DNA of 32,000 bases, from positions 1 to 32,000 of the forward strand of contig JAWCFL010000004.1 in NCBI GenBank assembly GCA_038858525.1, read 5' to 3'. Below, in pieces: positions 19,450 to 28,506 of the stretch (its first letter is position 1; each line of letters starts with the position of its first letter). Under the pieces are notes generated by a model, which did not search any database, was not told the origin of the DNA, and saw nothing but the letters and a program-made list of their open reading frames with translations. The translations under genes and the position numbers were made by a program. This DNA is from Candidatus Jordarchaeales archaeon (GTDB lineage: Archaea > Asgardarchaeota > Jordiarchaeia > Jordiarchaeales > Freyrarchaeaceae).

Positions 19450-20478
19450 ATGCAGCCGCAGCCATTTTCCGCTATAAAAAAGGTTCACGGAGCTAAGGAA
19501 TTGCTCGACATCGCGTTCTATAACGCTTCTAAGGTCAGCGTCAGCTTCTCCTCTCAAGATACGCCGCTGGAGAAAGCTAAGAAAAGAGAGGAAGCCAGAG
19601 TAAGAGCAGCCTCGAAAATACTGGAATCTAGATTAATGAAAGTTGTTAAAAGCTTTCCAAGCTTGGAAAATCTTCACCCGTTTTACCGCGAAATGTGTGA
19701 TGTTCTAGTCGGAAATCAGACGCTTAAAATGTATTTAGCCTCACTCGAAGGTGCTGCAGGAGTGATCAGGCGCATTGCCTCCGAGGCAATAAGTAAAATA
19801 AGGCGCTCTCAAACACCCAGGGATGCCGCTAAGGCCAGAATCGAAGCTTACGGTAGAATGACCTCCATGGTCAAGAAGCTTGATGACCGGCTTGCCTTCT
19901 TAGAGCGGGCACGCATAAACTTGGCGAAGATGCCATCGATAAACCCTGAGGAGCCAACTATTGTGGTTGCAGGTTACCCTAACACGGGCAAGAGCACGAT
20001 AGTTAGAGCCGCATCTACCGCTAAGCCCGAAATAGCAGAATACCCCTTCACGACGAAAACAGTGATCTTGGGTCACTTTAATGTTGGTGACGAACGGTTC
20101 CAGATAATGGACACGCCGGGCATACTAGACAGGCCGATGAGCGAGAGGAACTTTATCGAGAAACAGGCTATAACTGCCATAAAGCACCTGGCGCAAGCTG
20201 TAATTTTCGTGGTTGACCCAACTCCTTCCTGCGGCTACTCATTGGAGGAACAAGCATCGCTCCTAGAAGAAGTAAAAAAGCTAATGCCCGGCGGAGTTCC
20301 CATAGTAACCGTCATAAACAAAGTCGACTTGGCAAGCCAAGAGAACCTTTTACTGGCTAAGGGAATGTTTAAAGACGCTATCGAAGTTATAGCGATTGAA
20401 GGAGTAGGGATAAAGGAAACTATCGAGAAGGTGGTTAAAGCAATAAGAGCAGGAAGGAAAAACACGGCCTCAGCTTAG
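19450..20478 (+). CDS. nog1: NOG1/Obg-family GTP-binding protein
   Basis: N-terminal helical domain (FPSLENLHPFY), G1 GYPNTGKS, G2 EYPFTTK, G3 DTPG and G4 NKVD. Confidence 0.92.
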   Translation: MQPQPFSAIKKVHGAKELLDIAFYNASKVSVSFSSQDTPLEKAKKREEARVRAASKILESRLMKVVKSFPSLENLHPFYREMCDVLVGNQTLKMYLASLEGAAGVIRRIASEAISKIRRSQTPRDAAKARIEAYGRMTSMVKKLDDRLAFLERARINLAKMPSINPEEPTIVVAGYPNTGKSTIVRAASTAKPEIAEYPFTTKTVILGHFNVGDERFQIMDTPGILDRPMSERNFIEKQAITAIKHLAQAVIFVVDPTPSCGYSLEEQASLLEEVKKLMPGGVPIVTVINKVDLASQENLLLAKGMFKDAIEVIAIEGVGIKETIEKVVKAIRAGRKNTASA

Positions 20479-20594
20479 AATTCCCTCTTTTATCTCTCAC
20501 TACGGCCACTTCATAACGACGGGGTAAAGGGCTGCATTAGCGCGCCGTTAAATGAGGAGAAACACTCGTCGCGGCTCACCCTATTTGTTAGTGT

Positions 20595-21659
20595 TCACAC
20601 ATGTGGGTTCTCTAGGCCTAGGCCATTAACCCTCACAATACCTGTTTCACCCTCTCGTCCTTCAACCTGAAATTTCACTTCCAATATTTTTTCAGTCACC
20701 ATAATGTTTGTTAGAAGGTGCATTGTGAGCCTTGAAATTTTAAGCTCTGATTCCCCCTCAGCAACAGCGATGAATGGTATCATCATGTCTCCCATATGCC
20801 TATCAATAGGAGCCCCACTTTCTAGCTCCTCAAGGATCTTGTATGCTGCCTCCTCGCCTACTTTCTCGGCTGGTTTTCCCTTTTCCCCAAGGCTATCCCC
20901 TCCTATTACGCTTCCCGCCTCAGTCTTAGCCCACAAGACTATCCCCGACCCTGGACCAAGATTCCTTTCACTTAGAGACTCTACTCTTATTTTTGCGTCG
21001 TAACCCGCCTTCCTGAGAATGGACTCCGCACTTTTCGCCTGCCTTTCAGCCACGTGAGCGGGCAAGTTCACAGCGTGAGACACTCCTTCAATTACTTTAA
21101 CTTCTCCTCTTTCGAGAAGCCTCACCGATTTAAGCTTTTTAACCGGCATTATAACCGCTCTAATCAGCCCCCCTCCTTTAGGATAATGCCCCCTTCTCTC
21201 AATTTTTATTTCAGCCATATACCCCATAAGGCTCAAGTTCGGTAACACAACGTTTGAGAAGTAATCTATTGGAGGACTCCAGGCAACGTCGGTTCCGCCA
21301 CTTATCTCCAGCTCCATTTTTTCAGAAGCAAAGGGTGCCGCGGGCATTATTGACTGGAGCACAAGAGTTATAGCTCCAGCAGTCCCAACATCGAACCTGT
21401 AACGTCCTCCTCTCAATCCAGTTGGCTCAAAGACTATATTAGTTGAGCCTACACTCAAACCAGAAACCCTGGCCCCCGCTATTTCTGCCAGAGCCTTTAT
21501 CCCCGTCATGTGCTGGGCGCGAAGCCCAGGGTTAGGTCTCCCAGCTCTTATGTTAAAAATTTCGATCGGCTTCTTAGACAGCGTCGAAAGAGCTACGCTG
21601 GTACGAAGAACCTGCCCGCCTCCCTCGCCTAAGCTACCATCTATCCTAACTCTGGTCAC
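20595..21659 (-). CDS. rtcA: RNA 3'-terminal phosphate cyclase
   Basis: IDGSLGEGGGQVLRT, NIRAGRPNPGLRAQH, GGTDVAWSP, RRGHYPKGGG and the adenylated-His motif IDRHMGD. The GTG start overlaps the ogt stop (GTGA). Confidence 0.95.
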   Translation of the reverse strand: MTRVRIDGSLGEGGGQVLRTSVALSTLSKKPIEIFNIRAGRPNPGLRAQHMTGIKALAEIAGARVSGLSVGSTNIVFEPTGLRGGRYRFDVGTAGAITLVLQSIMPAAPFASEKMELEISGGTDVAWSPPIDYFSNVVLPNLSLMGYMAEIKIERRGHYPKGGGLIRAVIMPVKKLKSVRLLERGEVKVIEGVSHAVNLPAHVAERQAKSAESILRKAGYDAKIRVESLSERNLGPGSGIVLWAKTEAGSVIGGDSLGEKGKPAEKVGEEAAYKILEELESGAPIDRHMGDMMIPFIAVAEGESELKISRLTMHLLTNIMVTEKILEVKFQVEGREGETGIVRVNGLGLENPHV

Positions 21660-22171
21660 GCTTTCACCGCCCAGTTAGCTCCTTCAGCTTCTAGCAGTTT
21701 AATTTTAATCTCTAACCCACCAGTATAACCTCCAACCCCTCGTGTCCCTACCACCCTGTGACATGGTATAATTAACGGAAGAGGATTCTTTTTTAAAGCG
21801 CTTCCAACGGCTCTCGCCGCTTTAGGCTTACCAACTCTCCTAGCTAGCTCGCCATACGTCAAAGTGACGCCCGGCGGGATTCTCCTAACCTCCTCGAGCA
21901 CCATTCTTTGGAATGAAGTTAGGCGTGAAAGGTCAACTTCATAGTTAAAGTCGACGTTTTCCCCCTCAAGAAACCTAAACATCTTCTCAGCAACCTGTTT
22001 GCAAATGTCGTCACTCCACACTTCCACCTCACACACTATATCTAAGATCCTTCTCTTGGCTTCCTCAGCACTCTTACATGGAAGCGTCGCAGCCAGCAAC
22101 CCGCACTCTCCTCTAGCCACAGCGATAAATTTCCCATTCCATTCTACAACGGATGCCGAAACCATCATCAC
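21656..22171 (-). CDS. ogt: Methylated-DNA--[protein]-cysteine S-methyltransferase
   Basis: TYGELA, AARAVG and active-site IIPCHRVV. Confidence 0.95.
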   Translation of the reverse strand: MMMVSASVVEWNGKFIAVARGECGLLAATLPCKSAEEAKRRILDIVCEVEVWSDDICKQVAEKMFRFLEGENVDFNYEVDLSRLTSFQRMVLEEVRRIPPGVTLTYGELARRVGKPKAARAVGSALKKNPLPLIIPCHRVVGTRGVGGYTGGLEIKIKLLEAEGANWAVKA

Positions 22172-22176
22172 TCCTC

Positions 22177-22710
22177 CTAGTGACGTTCCCCTTCAGCCAC
22201 CAGTCTCACCCGCTCAACACCCCTGATCTCCTCTATAACTTTCGCAACTGCCGGCGGAACTAAGTCTCTCCACTCTTCTCCCCTAGCCATTTTCTCCCTT
22301 ATTTTTGTCGCACAGTACTTGTCCCTATGATAGAAAGGAACGGGCCTGACCTCGTATCCCGCCTCTTCGAAGAGCACCTTTACTAAGCTGTTGTTTGAGT
22401 AAATCACTTTGAAGGGGGGAATGAGCGAGACCACGTGGGCAACCCATAAGCGGTTATCGTTCACGTCAGGTATCGGGATAATGAGGTATCTGGACGCCGG
22501 AATTCCCTCATCCTCCAGCGAAAGCCTTATCATGAGAATACGCTCCCCGGCGCTAAAGGGGTCTTTCAATGTATGGCTGTACTGAGCGCTGCCAACCCCT
22601 ACTATGATCTCGTCTACTTCGTTCAGCAAAGTTTTGATGGCGTGGAGGTGCCCTAAGTGGAATGGCTGAAAGCGTCCTATGAATAATCCTCTTTTCCTGT
22701 CACCACTCAT
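22177..22710 (-). CDS. nadM: Nicotinamide-mononucleotide adenylyltransferase
   Basis: FIGRFQPFHLGH, GVGSAQYSH..DPFSAGERI, WVAHV and ATKIRE. Start placed at ATG 22710 behind AAGGAGG. Confidence 0.93.
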   Translation of the reverse strand: MSGDRKRGLFIGRFQPFHLGHLHAIKTLLNEVDEIIVGVGSAQYSHTLKDPFSAGERILMIRLSLEDEGIPASRYLIIPIPDVNDNRLWVAHVVSLIPPFKVIYSNNSLVKVLFEEAGYEVRPVPFYHRDKYCATKIREKMARGEEWRDLVPPAVAKVIEEIRGVERVRLVAEGERH

Positions 22711-22800
22711 AGCCGCGTCCTCCTTTAGGGAGGTCAAGTTTCACTACCTTAGTTAACCTTAAACGTTTTATCTCTCCAAAACAAAAGAGGGGGTGTCGTC

Positions 22801-23604
22801 TTGAGGAAACTTATAGTGCTAATGACAGATTTCGGTCTCAGAGATGCCTTCGTAGCTTCCATGAAGGGAGTGATCCTCTCCATATGCCCTGACGTAAACA
22901 TAGTAGACCTTTCCCACGAAGTTGATAGCTTCGATGTTATGCATGGCGCCCTTCTTCTTTCTTCTTCTGCAAAGTTTTTCCCCGATGGAACGATCTTCTT
23001 GGGCGTGGTCGACCCTGGCGTTGGAACCGAGAGAAGAGGCATCGTGGTTGAGACAAGGCGGCATGTTGCTGTTGGGCCGGATAATGGGTTATTCAGCTTT
23101 CTGATAGAAAACGAGGGGAGTGTAGGAGTCTACGAAATTCGAGACAAGTCCCTGCTCCTAGACTTGCCATTTGAAACATTTCACGGTCTTACTGTTTTTG
23201 CGCCGGTCGCGGCCCACATAGCTAACGGTACCCCGCCTAGCTCTGTCGGGCCAAGAATATACGACTACGTTAAAATAAGTCTACCAAAACCCCAAGTATG
23301 CGGCTCAAAAATTTATTCTACGGTCTTACATGTTGACCGCTTCGGAAATATAATAACAGGCATTCCGGTGGAAACGCTCTGCGGGATGAACGTGAAGCAG
23401 GGAGCGAAGCTGAAACTGACGTCTAAAAACAAGACTGTTGAAGCCACTCTCGAGAAATCTTACGGATACGTTCCAGCCGGTTCCTTCGTGTTCGTCCTGG
23501 ACAGCTACGGCTTCTTGGAACTTGCAGTTAATCAAGGCAATGCAGCTAGGTCACTTGACCTAAAAAGAGGAGACCCTATTGAAATAAATTTGTCAGCCCC
23601 GTAG
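22801..23604 (+). CDS. SAM hydroxide adenosyltransferase (DUF62; chlorinase/fluorinase superfamily)
   Basis: MTDFG..DAFVASMKGVI, VVDPGVGTERR, VGPDNG, TFHG, HVDRFGNI and YGFLELAVNQGNAA. Confidence 0.9.
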   Translation: MRKLIVLMTDFGLRDAFVASMKGVILSICPDVNIVDLSHEVDSFDVMHGALLLSSSAKFFPDGTIFLGVVDPGVGTERRGIVVETRRHVAVGPDNGLFSFLIENEGSVGVYEIRDKSLLLDLPFETFHGLTVFAPVAAHIANGTPPSSVGPRIYDYVKISLPKPQVCGSKIYSTVLHVDRFGNIITGIPVETLCGMNVKQGAKLKLTSKNKTVEATLEKSYGYVPAGSFVFVLDSYGFLELAVNQGNAARSLDLKRGDPIEINLSAP

Positions 23605-25758
23605 AGCTTCTAGCCTCTCAAGCATCTCACCGAAAACCTTCTTTTCTTCGCCCTCGGATAATGCGTAAAGCCTCTTCAGGATAAGCTCGGGCGTCGACCT
23701 AGCCAGATAGTTAAACCTCGGACTTCTATTCACTATCAAGTCGTACTTCTCGTCTAACCCTGATGCTTCTATTCCGTCCACGCGGATCCTACTTTTAGCC
23801 ATTGATATTATCTCCTTCGCAAGGTGACTAACAACAACTACGCAGGTCCTCTCCTGCGTCCCAAGTAGGTCTAGGAGACTGGCTATTATGACCGCCGCCG
23901 CACCTGTCTCGGTCATCGCTTCAAGCTCGTCGAAGAGTGCAATCTTAGGTTTGCCAGTTGAAGCTATGGCTGCAAATCTCTTGAGAGTAGTTTCGAGGGC
24001 GCCTGCTGACACCATCCCCTGCGACTTTTCAAAGAAATATATCTCCTCGAAGGGGCCAACAACCGCTTCTGCTGCCGGAACAGGAAATCCCATCTGGGCA
24101 AGAATGCAAACCTGAGCTATAAGCTGTATAAGCGTAGTTTTGCCTCCCGAATTCGCTCCAGAGAGGACTATGATCCTTTCCCCTCCAGCCCCATCAATTC
24201 TTACTCCAACGTCCCCAACCACGTAGCTCACCGGAACCACTCTTTCTCCCCCCTCAAGCTCTCTTTTCTTGAGAAAGACGTTAACACCATCACTGAAAAA
24301 CACGCCTACCCCATCAACCATCTTCGGAGGGTTGAGACAGTAATCTCTCGCAAAGAGACCAATGGCAAAGTAGAGATCCAGCTCTAGGGATGCTCTTAGC
24401 CCTCGCCTGACAGCGTCCATATATCCTGAAAGTTCACGAGCCACTTCACGTAAAACTTTATGCTTCTTGACGGAGCGCTGCCTGTTAAGCCAGCTCTCAA
24501 GAGCTGAAACTTTTCTAGGGATCATTGATACAGGTAATGCTGGCTCCTCAGGAAAAACTCCCTCAAGCCACAATAATTCCTTCTCATTGACTCCTAAAGC
24601 CTCGCAGAACCTTTTCTCGCCCTCAGTTATTGTTCGCGTTATGACCTCGTCCACCTCTGGGGGAAGGTAGCTTCTGAGCTTGCCTGCCTCCAGCGTCGCG
24701 CCTCTAGCCTCCTCCAGTATCCTTATTATCTGCTCTCCCCTCAGCTTAGCTTCGCTCTCCGCAAGTCTACTCCTTATGGTTTCGTTAACCCATGCCTCAA
24801 CTTCAGCTACAGCTTCGTTAAGCTTCTGCAACGCGTCCCTATACCTGTCAAGCTCAGGATCAACTCCACGAGCTACCTCCCCTTCAACGGTAATCTTTCC
24901 AATAAGCTCCCTAACTCTCCGTAAAGCTTCCCTATTCAGCTCCCCTCTTAAAACGTCTAGGTGCTTAGCTCCCGGCAAGGTGAACACTACATCAGCAAGG
25001 TCACAGATCGCCTCCACTGTCCTGTAATTTTCAGCGTAAAACAAAATGACGGTCTCAGGCACCAAGTCCTCAATCTTCCACCCGCCAGCAACGGTGATCA
25101 AGTTATCGGTGTAATCCTCGTCTCCAACGTCCCCAACAAAAACAGCTAAATCGTAGCCCTCAACGTAATCCTTAACCTTTTCCCCCTCCCCTATGAGGAA
25201 GACGCTGCAATACTTGTCTACGCCAGCCTCTCTTAACTTAGCATACTCCACTTCACTCCTCGTAATTATAACTCTCCCCTTAACCTTTCTCGCCGTCACC
25301 TTCTCGAAATTCTTAAGTCTGCGTAAAGCCCCCCTAATACGCTCTAACGTTTCGACGCTTGCAGCCTCCACCACCCTCTTCGCCTCAGAGAAAATTTCAA
25401 GCCGCCCCATCACCTTTTCAATCTTAGAGGCGGGGTAAGGCCAGAATAAACGCAGCTTGTTCTTTGCGTACTCTGTTTGCGCGTACTCCTGAATTAGCTT
25501 TAACAAGTCCTCATAAATCCTCTTGACTCCTTCCGTCTTAAGGACGCTATCCCACTTTACTCCTTCAACCAGTTCCCAAGCGCTCCTAACTATGCTATAC
25601 GCCTTACCCAAGCCTACGCCTGGAGCGCTGGCGACCTCTGACACCCTCCCCTCTAAAATAGCCCTTACAGCCTCCTCCTCGGAGCCGAAAAACTCTATAA
25701 GCCTACTTCTAATTTTCTCACCTACGCCCTCAATGTCGCTAAGCCTCAGTTTTTCCAT
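23593..25758 (-). CDS. Archaeal MutS-family ATPase with N-terminal helix-hairpin-helix (MutS5-type)
   Basis: HhH motifs IEGVGEK and APGVGLGKA. MutS domain V has SGANSGGKTT, ILAQMGFPVPA, LFDELE and VVVSH. No mismatch-recognition domain. Start at ATG 25758 is preferred (25773 alternative). Confidence 0.8.
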   Translation of the reverse strand: MEKLRLSDIEGVGEKIRSRLIEFFGSEEEAVRAILEGRVSEVASAPGVGLGKAYSIVRSAWELVEGVKWDSVLKTEGVKRIYEDLLKLIQEYAQTEYAKNKLRLFWPYPASKIEKVMGRLEIFSEAKRVVEAASVETLERIRGALRRLKNFEKVTARKVKGRVIITRSEVEYAKLREAGVDKYCSVFLIGEGEKVKDYVEGYDLAVFVGDVGDEDYTDNLITVAGGWKIEDLVPETVILFYAENYRTVEAICDLADVVFTLPGAKHLDVLRGELNREALRRVRELIGKITVEGEVARGVDPELDRYRDALQKLNEAVAEVEAWVNETIRSRLAESEAKLRGEQIIRILEEARGATLEAGKLRSYLPPEVDEVITRTITEGEKRFCEALGVNEKELLWLEGVFPEEPALPVSMIPRKVSALESWLNRQRSVKKHKVLREVARELSGYMDAVRRGLRASLELDLYFAIGLFARDYCLNPPKMVDGVGVFFSDGVNVFLKKRELEGGERVVPVSYVVGDVGVRIDGAGGERIIVLSGANSGGKTTLIQLIAQVCILAQMGFPVPAAEAVVGPFEEIYFFEKSQGMVSAGALETTLKRFAAIASTGKPKIALFDELEAMTETGAAAVIIASLLDLLGTQERTCVVVVSHLAKEIISMAKSRIRVDGIEASGLDEKYDLIVNRSPRFNYLARSTPELILKRLYALSEGEEKKVFGEMLERLEALRG

Positions 25759-25845
25759 TGCTCCATCCCCCATAAGAAAAAGACATTAAAACCCGAATTC
25801 TAAAAACTTAAAAGAAAATAAAAGCTTCACCCATGATGATAAGCT

Positions 25846-26412
25846 ATGAACGGCAAGATGATACTACTACTGGGGGATACACACATACCTGATAGGGTCA
25901 CCGAGCTTCCTCGCCAACTTAAATCCTTCGTTGAATGCACTCGTTTTGACTTTATCCTTTCAACGGGCGACCTAACATCGCAGGTAGTCTTGTCATGGAT
26001 GCAAAAAATGGCCCCGCTAAAAGTCGTAAAGGGTAACATGGACTACCTTTTCCTTCCAGAAGAGGAAACGCTACATCTTCCACCATTCAAAATAGGCTTA
26101 ATACACGGAACCGGCATCTGGCCCAGAGGAGACACGAAGCAACTCCTGAAAGTGGCTAAACGTTTGGATGCGAACGTTCTCGTCTCAGGGCACACTCACC
26201 GTCCAGAGATAACCCTATCGGAAGGTGTCCTCCTCCTCAACCCAGGTAGCCTAACGGGCGCCTGGGGTGGTTCGTCAGACTGGGGTTCCCCATCCCTCAT
26301 AACACTGAGCATCTCAGAGAAAGAAGTAAGGGTGCATCTATTCGTGCTGGAAAAAGAACTGAAGAGAAAAGAAGAAATATTCAAGATTAAAAGCGGAGAA
26401 ATAGTTTCGTAA
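25846..26412 (+). CDS. YfcE/MJ0936/Vps29-family metallophosphoesterase
   Basis: LGDTHIPDR, TGDL, VKGNMD, KIGLIHG, WPRGD, VSGHTH and NPGSLTGA motifs. Confidence 0.88.
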   Translation: MNGKMILLLGDTHIPDRVTELPRQLKSFVECTRFDFILSTGDLTSQVVLSWMQKMAPLKVVKGNMDYLFLPEEETLHLPPFKIGLIHGTGIWPRGDTKQLLKVAKRLDANVLVSGHTHRPEITLSEGVLLLNPGSLTGAWGGSSDWGSPSLITLSISEKEVRVHLFVLEKELKRKEEIFKIKSGEIVS

Positions 26413-26422
26413 TTCTCTTTAT

Positions 26423-27100
26423 TTAAGAAATGATCCTTTTGGTAAGCTTCTCGACTATTCTGTCCCAGAGAGCGGTGTGCTCCGCGTCCTTGTTGTAGTT
26501 TATCTTTGTTCTATTGAGTTCAAGGGCGCCGGGTGCCGGACAGGCGTAGACGCATAAGCCGCAAAGCAAGCATTTGTTTTGGTCCACTTGGACTCTGGGA
26601 ACTTTCTCCCATGGCTTCTCGGGCTTCGGAATAGTTATAGCTTCGTTCGGGCAAACTTCAGCGCAGGTTGAGCATCCAGCTGGGCACAGCTCCCAGTGTG
26701 CAATCAGCTCGCCCTCAGCGTATTTTTTCGCCCTCCGATTCCCTCTAAATGTGACGAACTCCTTGTATTCGAGGGGTGGGAGGGCTCCTTCCTCTACCAA
26801 TATCAGCTTAGGTTCCCCGTTGATCCTGAGCTCTAAGGCTTCGAAGGGGCACATGTACGAGCATACGCCGCAGAAGCTGCACTTCTTTTCGTTAACCAAT
26901 ACTGGAGGAAGCTTTGCTTCTCCCTTACCGAAAGCGCCTACTGGCCCTCTCTCTATAGCTTCCTTCGGGCAGACAATTGTGCATGTGCCACACCCGACGC
27001 ATTTGTTTAGATCCAAAGTTAACGTTACATCAACGTCAAGAGTTTTCATCCGGGTGACTACCTTATCCTCCTTAACTTCGGAAGCATAGTAAGGGTACAC
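26423..27100 (-). CDS. Polyferredoxin, shortened FwdF-like (4 x [4Fe-4S])
   Basis: Four CxxCxxCxxxCP-type motifs. GPVGA and CPFEALELRING match the recalled FwdF N-terminus; EGEL, PKPEKPWEK and RTKIN..LW match its C-terminus. Confidence 0.75.
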   Translation of the reverse strand: MYPYYASEVKEDKVVTRMKTLDVDVTLTLDLNKCVGCGTCTIVCPKEAIERGPVGAFGKGEAKLPPVLVNEKKCSFCGVCSYMCPFEALELRINGEPKLILVEEGALPPLEYKEFVTFRGNRRAKKYAEGELIAHWELCPAGCSTCAEVCPNEAITIPKPEKPWEKVPRVQVDQNKCLLCGLCVYACPAPGALELNRTKINYNKDAEHTALWDRIVEKLTKRIIS

Positions 27101-27110
27101 TCAAACCACC

Positions 27111-27368
27111 TCACTTAGCAACCTTCAAGCTTATTGCTTTAGGGCCACACGCCTCAATACATATGCCGCATCCATCGCAGAAACTCTGATTTGACACTAT
27201 TGCTTTTCCATTCCTGACAATTATAGTGTAGTTCTTTATGTCCCCTCTCATTTCAGGAGGCAAACTGGCATTGTGAGGGCAGGCGACCACGCAGTCGTTG
27301 CAGCCGACGCAAAGAGCGGAGTTTATGTGTAACTTGTAAACGTTCATACTCTTATACGCTTCCATCAT
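27111..27368 (-). CDS. 2[4Fe-4S] ferredoxin, FwdG-like
   Basis: CVGCNDCVVACPHN..IIVRNG..CDGCGICIEACG, 85 aa, directly upstream of the fwdF-like gene. Confidence 0.8.
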   Translation of the reverse strand: MMEAYKSMNVYKLHINSALCVGCNDCVVACPHNASLPPEMRGDIKNYTIIVRNGKAIVSNQSFCDGCGICIEACGPKAISLKVAK

Positions 27369-27607
27369 TTTTTAATTCCTCCTCGAAGCATCTAGAAGTC
27401 ATTAACAGCCCACTCGCTACCACAACGTGAGTGGCTTACTCCTTAAAAAAATTATGTGCCATAGAGCCAAAAAACGCTGTGATCCCTGAAACGTTAAGCT
27501 TCTGTTCACCGCGTGAAAACCAACGAAGAATGTCTAGACAAAATAAAATAGAAAGAGACTATTTTCCCCCTTGTTAATTTTAAAAGGAAGTATAGCTTAC
27601 CGTATTC

Positions 27608-27892
27608 ATGGAGGGTTTTTCCATGGCAGACGCGAAGAAGGTAATCGCAGTTGATCGCAAAGTGTGCTGGGGATGTGGCAACTGCATCGAGGCATGTCCC
27701 TTTAACCCAGGGAACAGGCGAGTTCCGTTAATCTGGATGAAACACGCCCCAATTTTGCGCTTGGTTAACGGTGCATGTAGCGTGGTGAGTGATGCCTGCT
27801 CGGAACTGCTTCCAGACTGCAAGGCATGCGAAAGAATTTGCCCGACAGGCGCCCTAAAAATACTCATAACCTCCATGGATACCTTAAAGTAA
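27608..27892 (+). CDS. 2[4Fe-4S] ferredoxin, second FwdG-like
   Basis: CWGCGNCIEACPFN..LRLVNG..CSELLPDCKACERICP. The start may be the ATG at 27623. Confidence 0.75.
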   Translation: MEGFSMADAKKVIAVDRKVCWGCGNCIEACPFNPGNRRVPLIWMKHAPILRLVNGACSVVSDACSELLPDCKACERICPTGALKILITSMDTLK

Positions 27893-28035
27893 TTTTTTCT
27901 CTTCTCTCCGAGGCGTGAAAAAGTTTTTTAATGAAAAGAATGGAAAAGTTGGCTTGAAGCGCTAAGCGTTATTGTTAGCCTTCAGCTGGATAGCTGCTAT
28001 GAGAAAGCTACTTTGTTGTGTATGGAGGGTTAAAG

Positions 28036-28437
28036 ATGGCTAAAAAAAAGTCGCTTGAAATGACCCTTGTAACGTGCAGGACGATTAGTCAGGGTGCCGC
28101 CCGAGAAGGGGAAAAAATGGGATACGACTACCAGAGGGCTTGCGGCGTGTGTTATATGGACTACGAAGATATGAAGCTACTGGATATTCTTCCGGGAGAC
28201 TGTGTCTCGGTAAAGTCGCCTCACGGTGAAGTGGTTCTCCGCGTGGAAAGGTCTAAGGACGAGCCTCACAAGGGAATACTTGTCGTACCACTAGGACCAT
28301 GGGCGAACAAAATAGTGGATCCCGAGACCCACTCGACGGGCATGCCCTCGCTAAAAGGGATACCTGTGATCGTGGAGCCAACGTTCGAATCAAATGTACC
28401 AAGCATCAAAGAGTTGATAAGTGCCCTTAAATCATAA
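28036..28437 (+). CDS. fwdD: Formylmethanofuran dehydrogenase subunit D (molybdopterin dinucleotide-binding)
   Basis: LVTCRTISQG, V.SPHGEVVL, VPLGPWAN and ETHSTGMPSLKGIPV. ATG at 28036 follows GGAGG. Confidence 0.9.
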   Translation: MAKKKSLEMTLVTCRTISQGAAREGEKMGYDYQRACGVCYMDYEDMKLLDILPGDCVSVKSPHGEVVLRVERSKDEPHKGILVVPLGPWANKIVDPETHSTGMPSLKGIPVIVEPTFESNVPSIKELISALKS

Positions 28438-28506
28438 CCAAAATCGTTATATTCCTCTCCAATCTTGTGAACCCTGATTGTTTTCACCCTTTAAGTTGGA
28501 GGTTTC

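Noticed and set aside
20479-20594. GC-richer gap between convergent nog1 and rtcA, checked for tRNA, SECIS or C/D sRNA
   Set aside because: No cloverleaf, T-loop consensus, convincing stem or paired C/D boxes on either strand.
27404-27435. Imperfect hairpin AGCCCACTCGC..GTGAGTGGCT in the divergent ferredoxin gap
   Set aside because: It is a single bulged stem with no recognisable riboswitch (for example Moco/W) features and could arise by chance.
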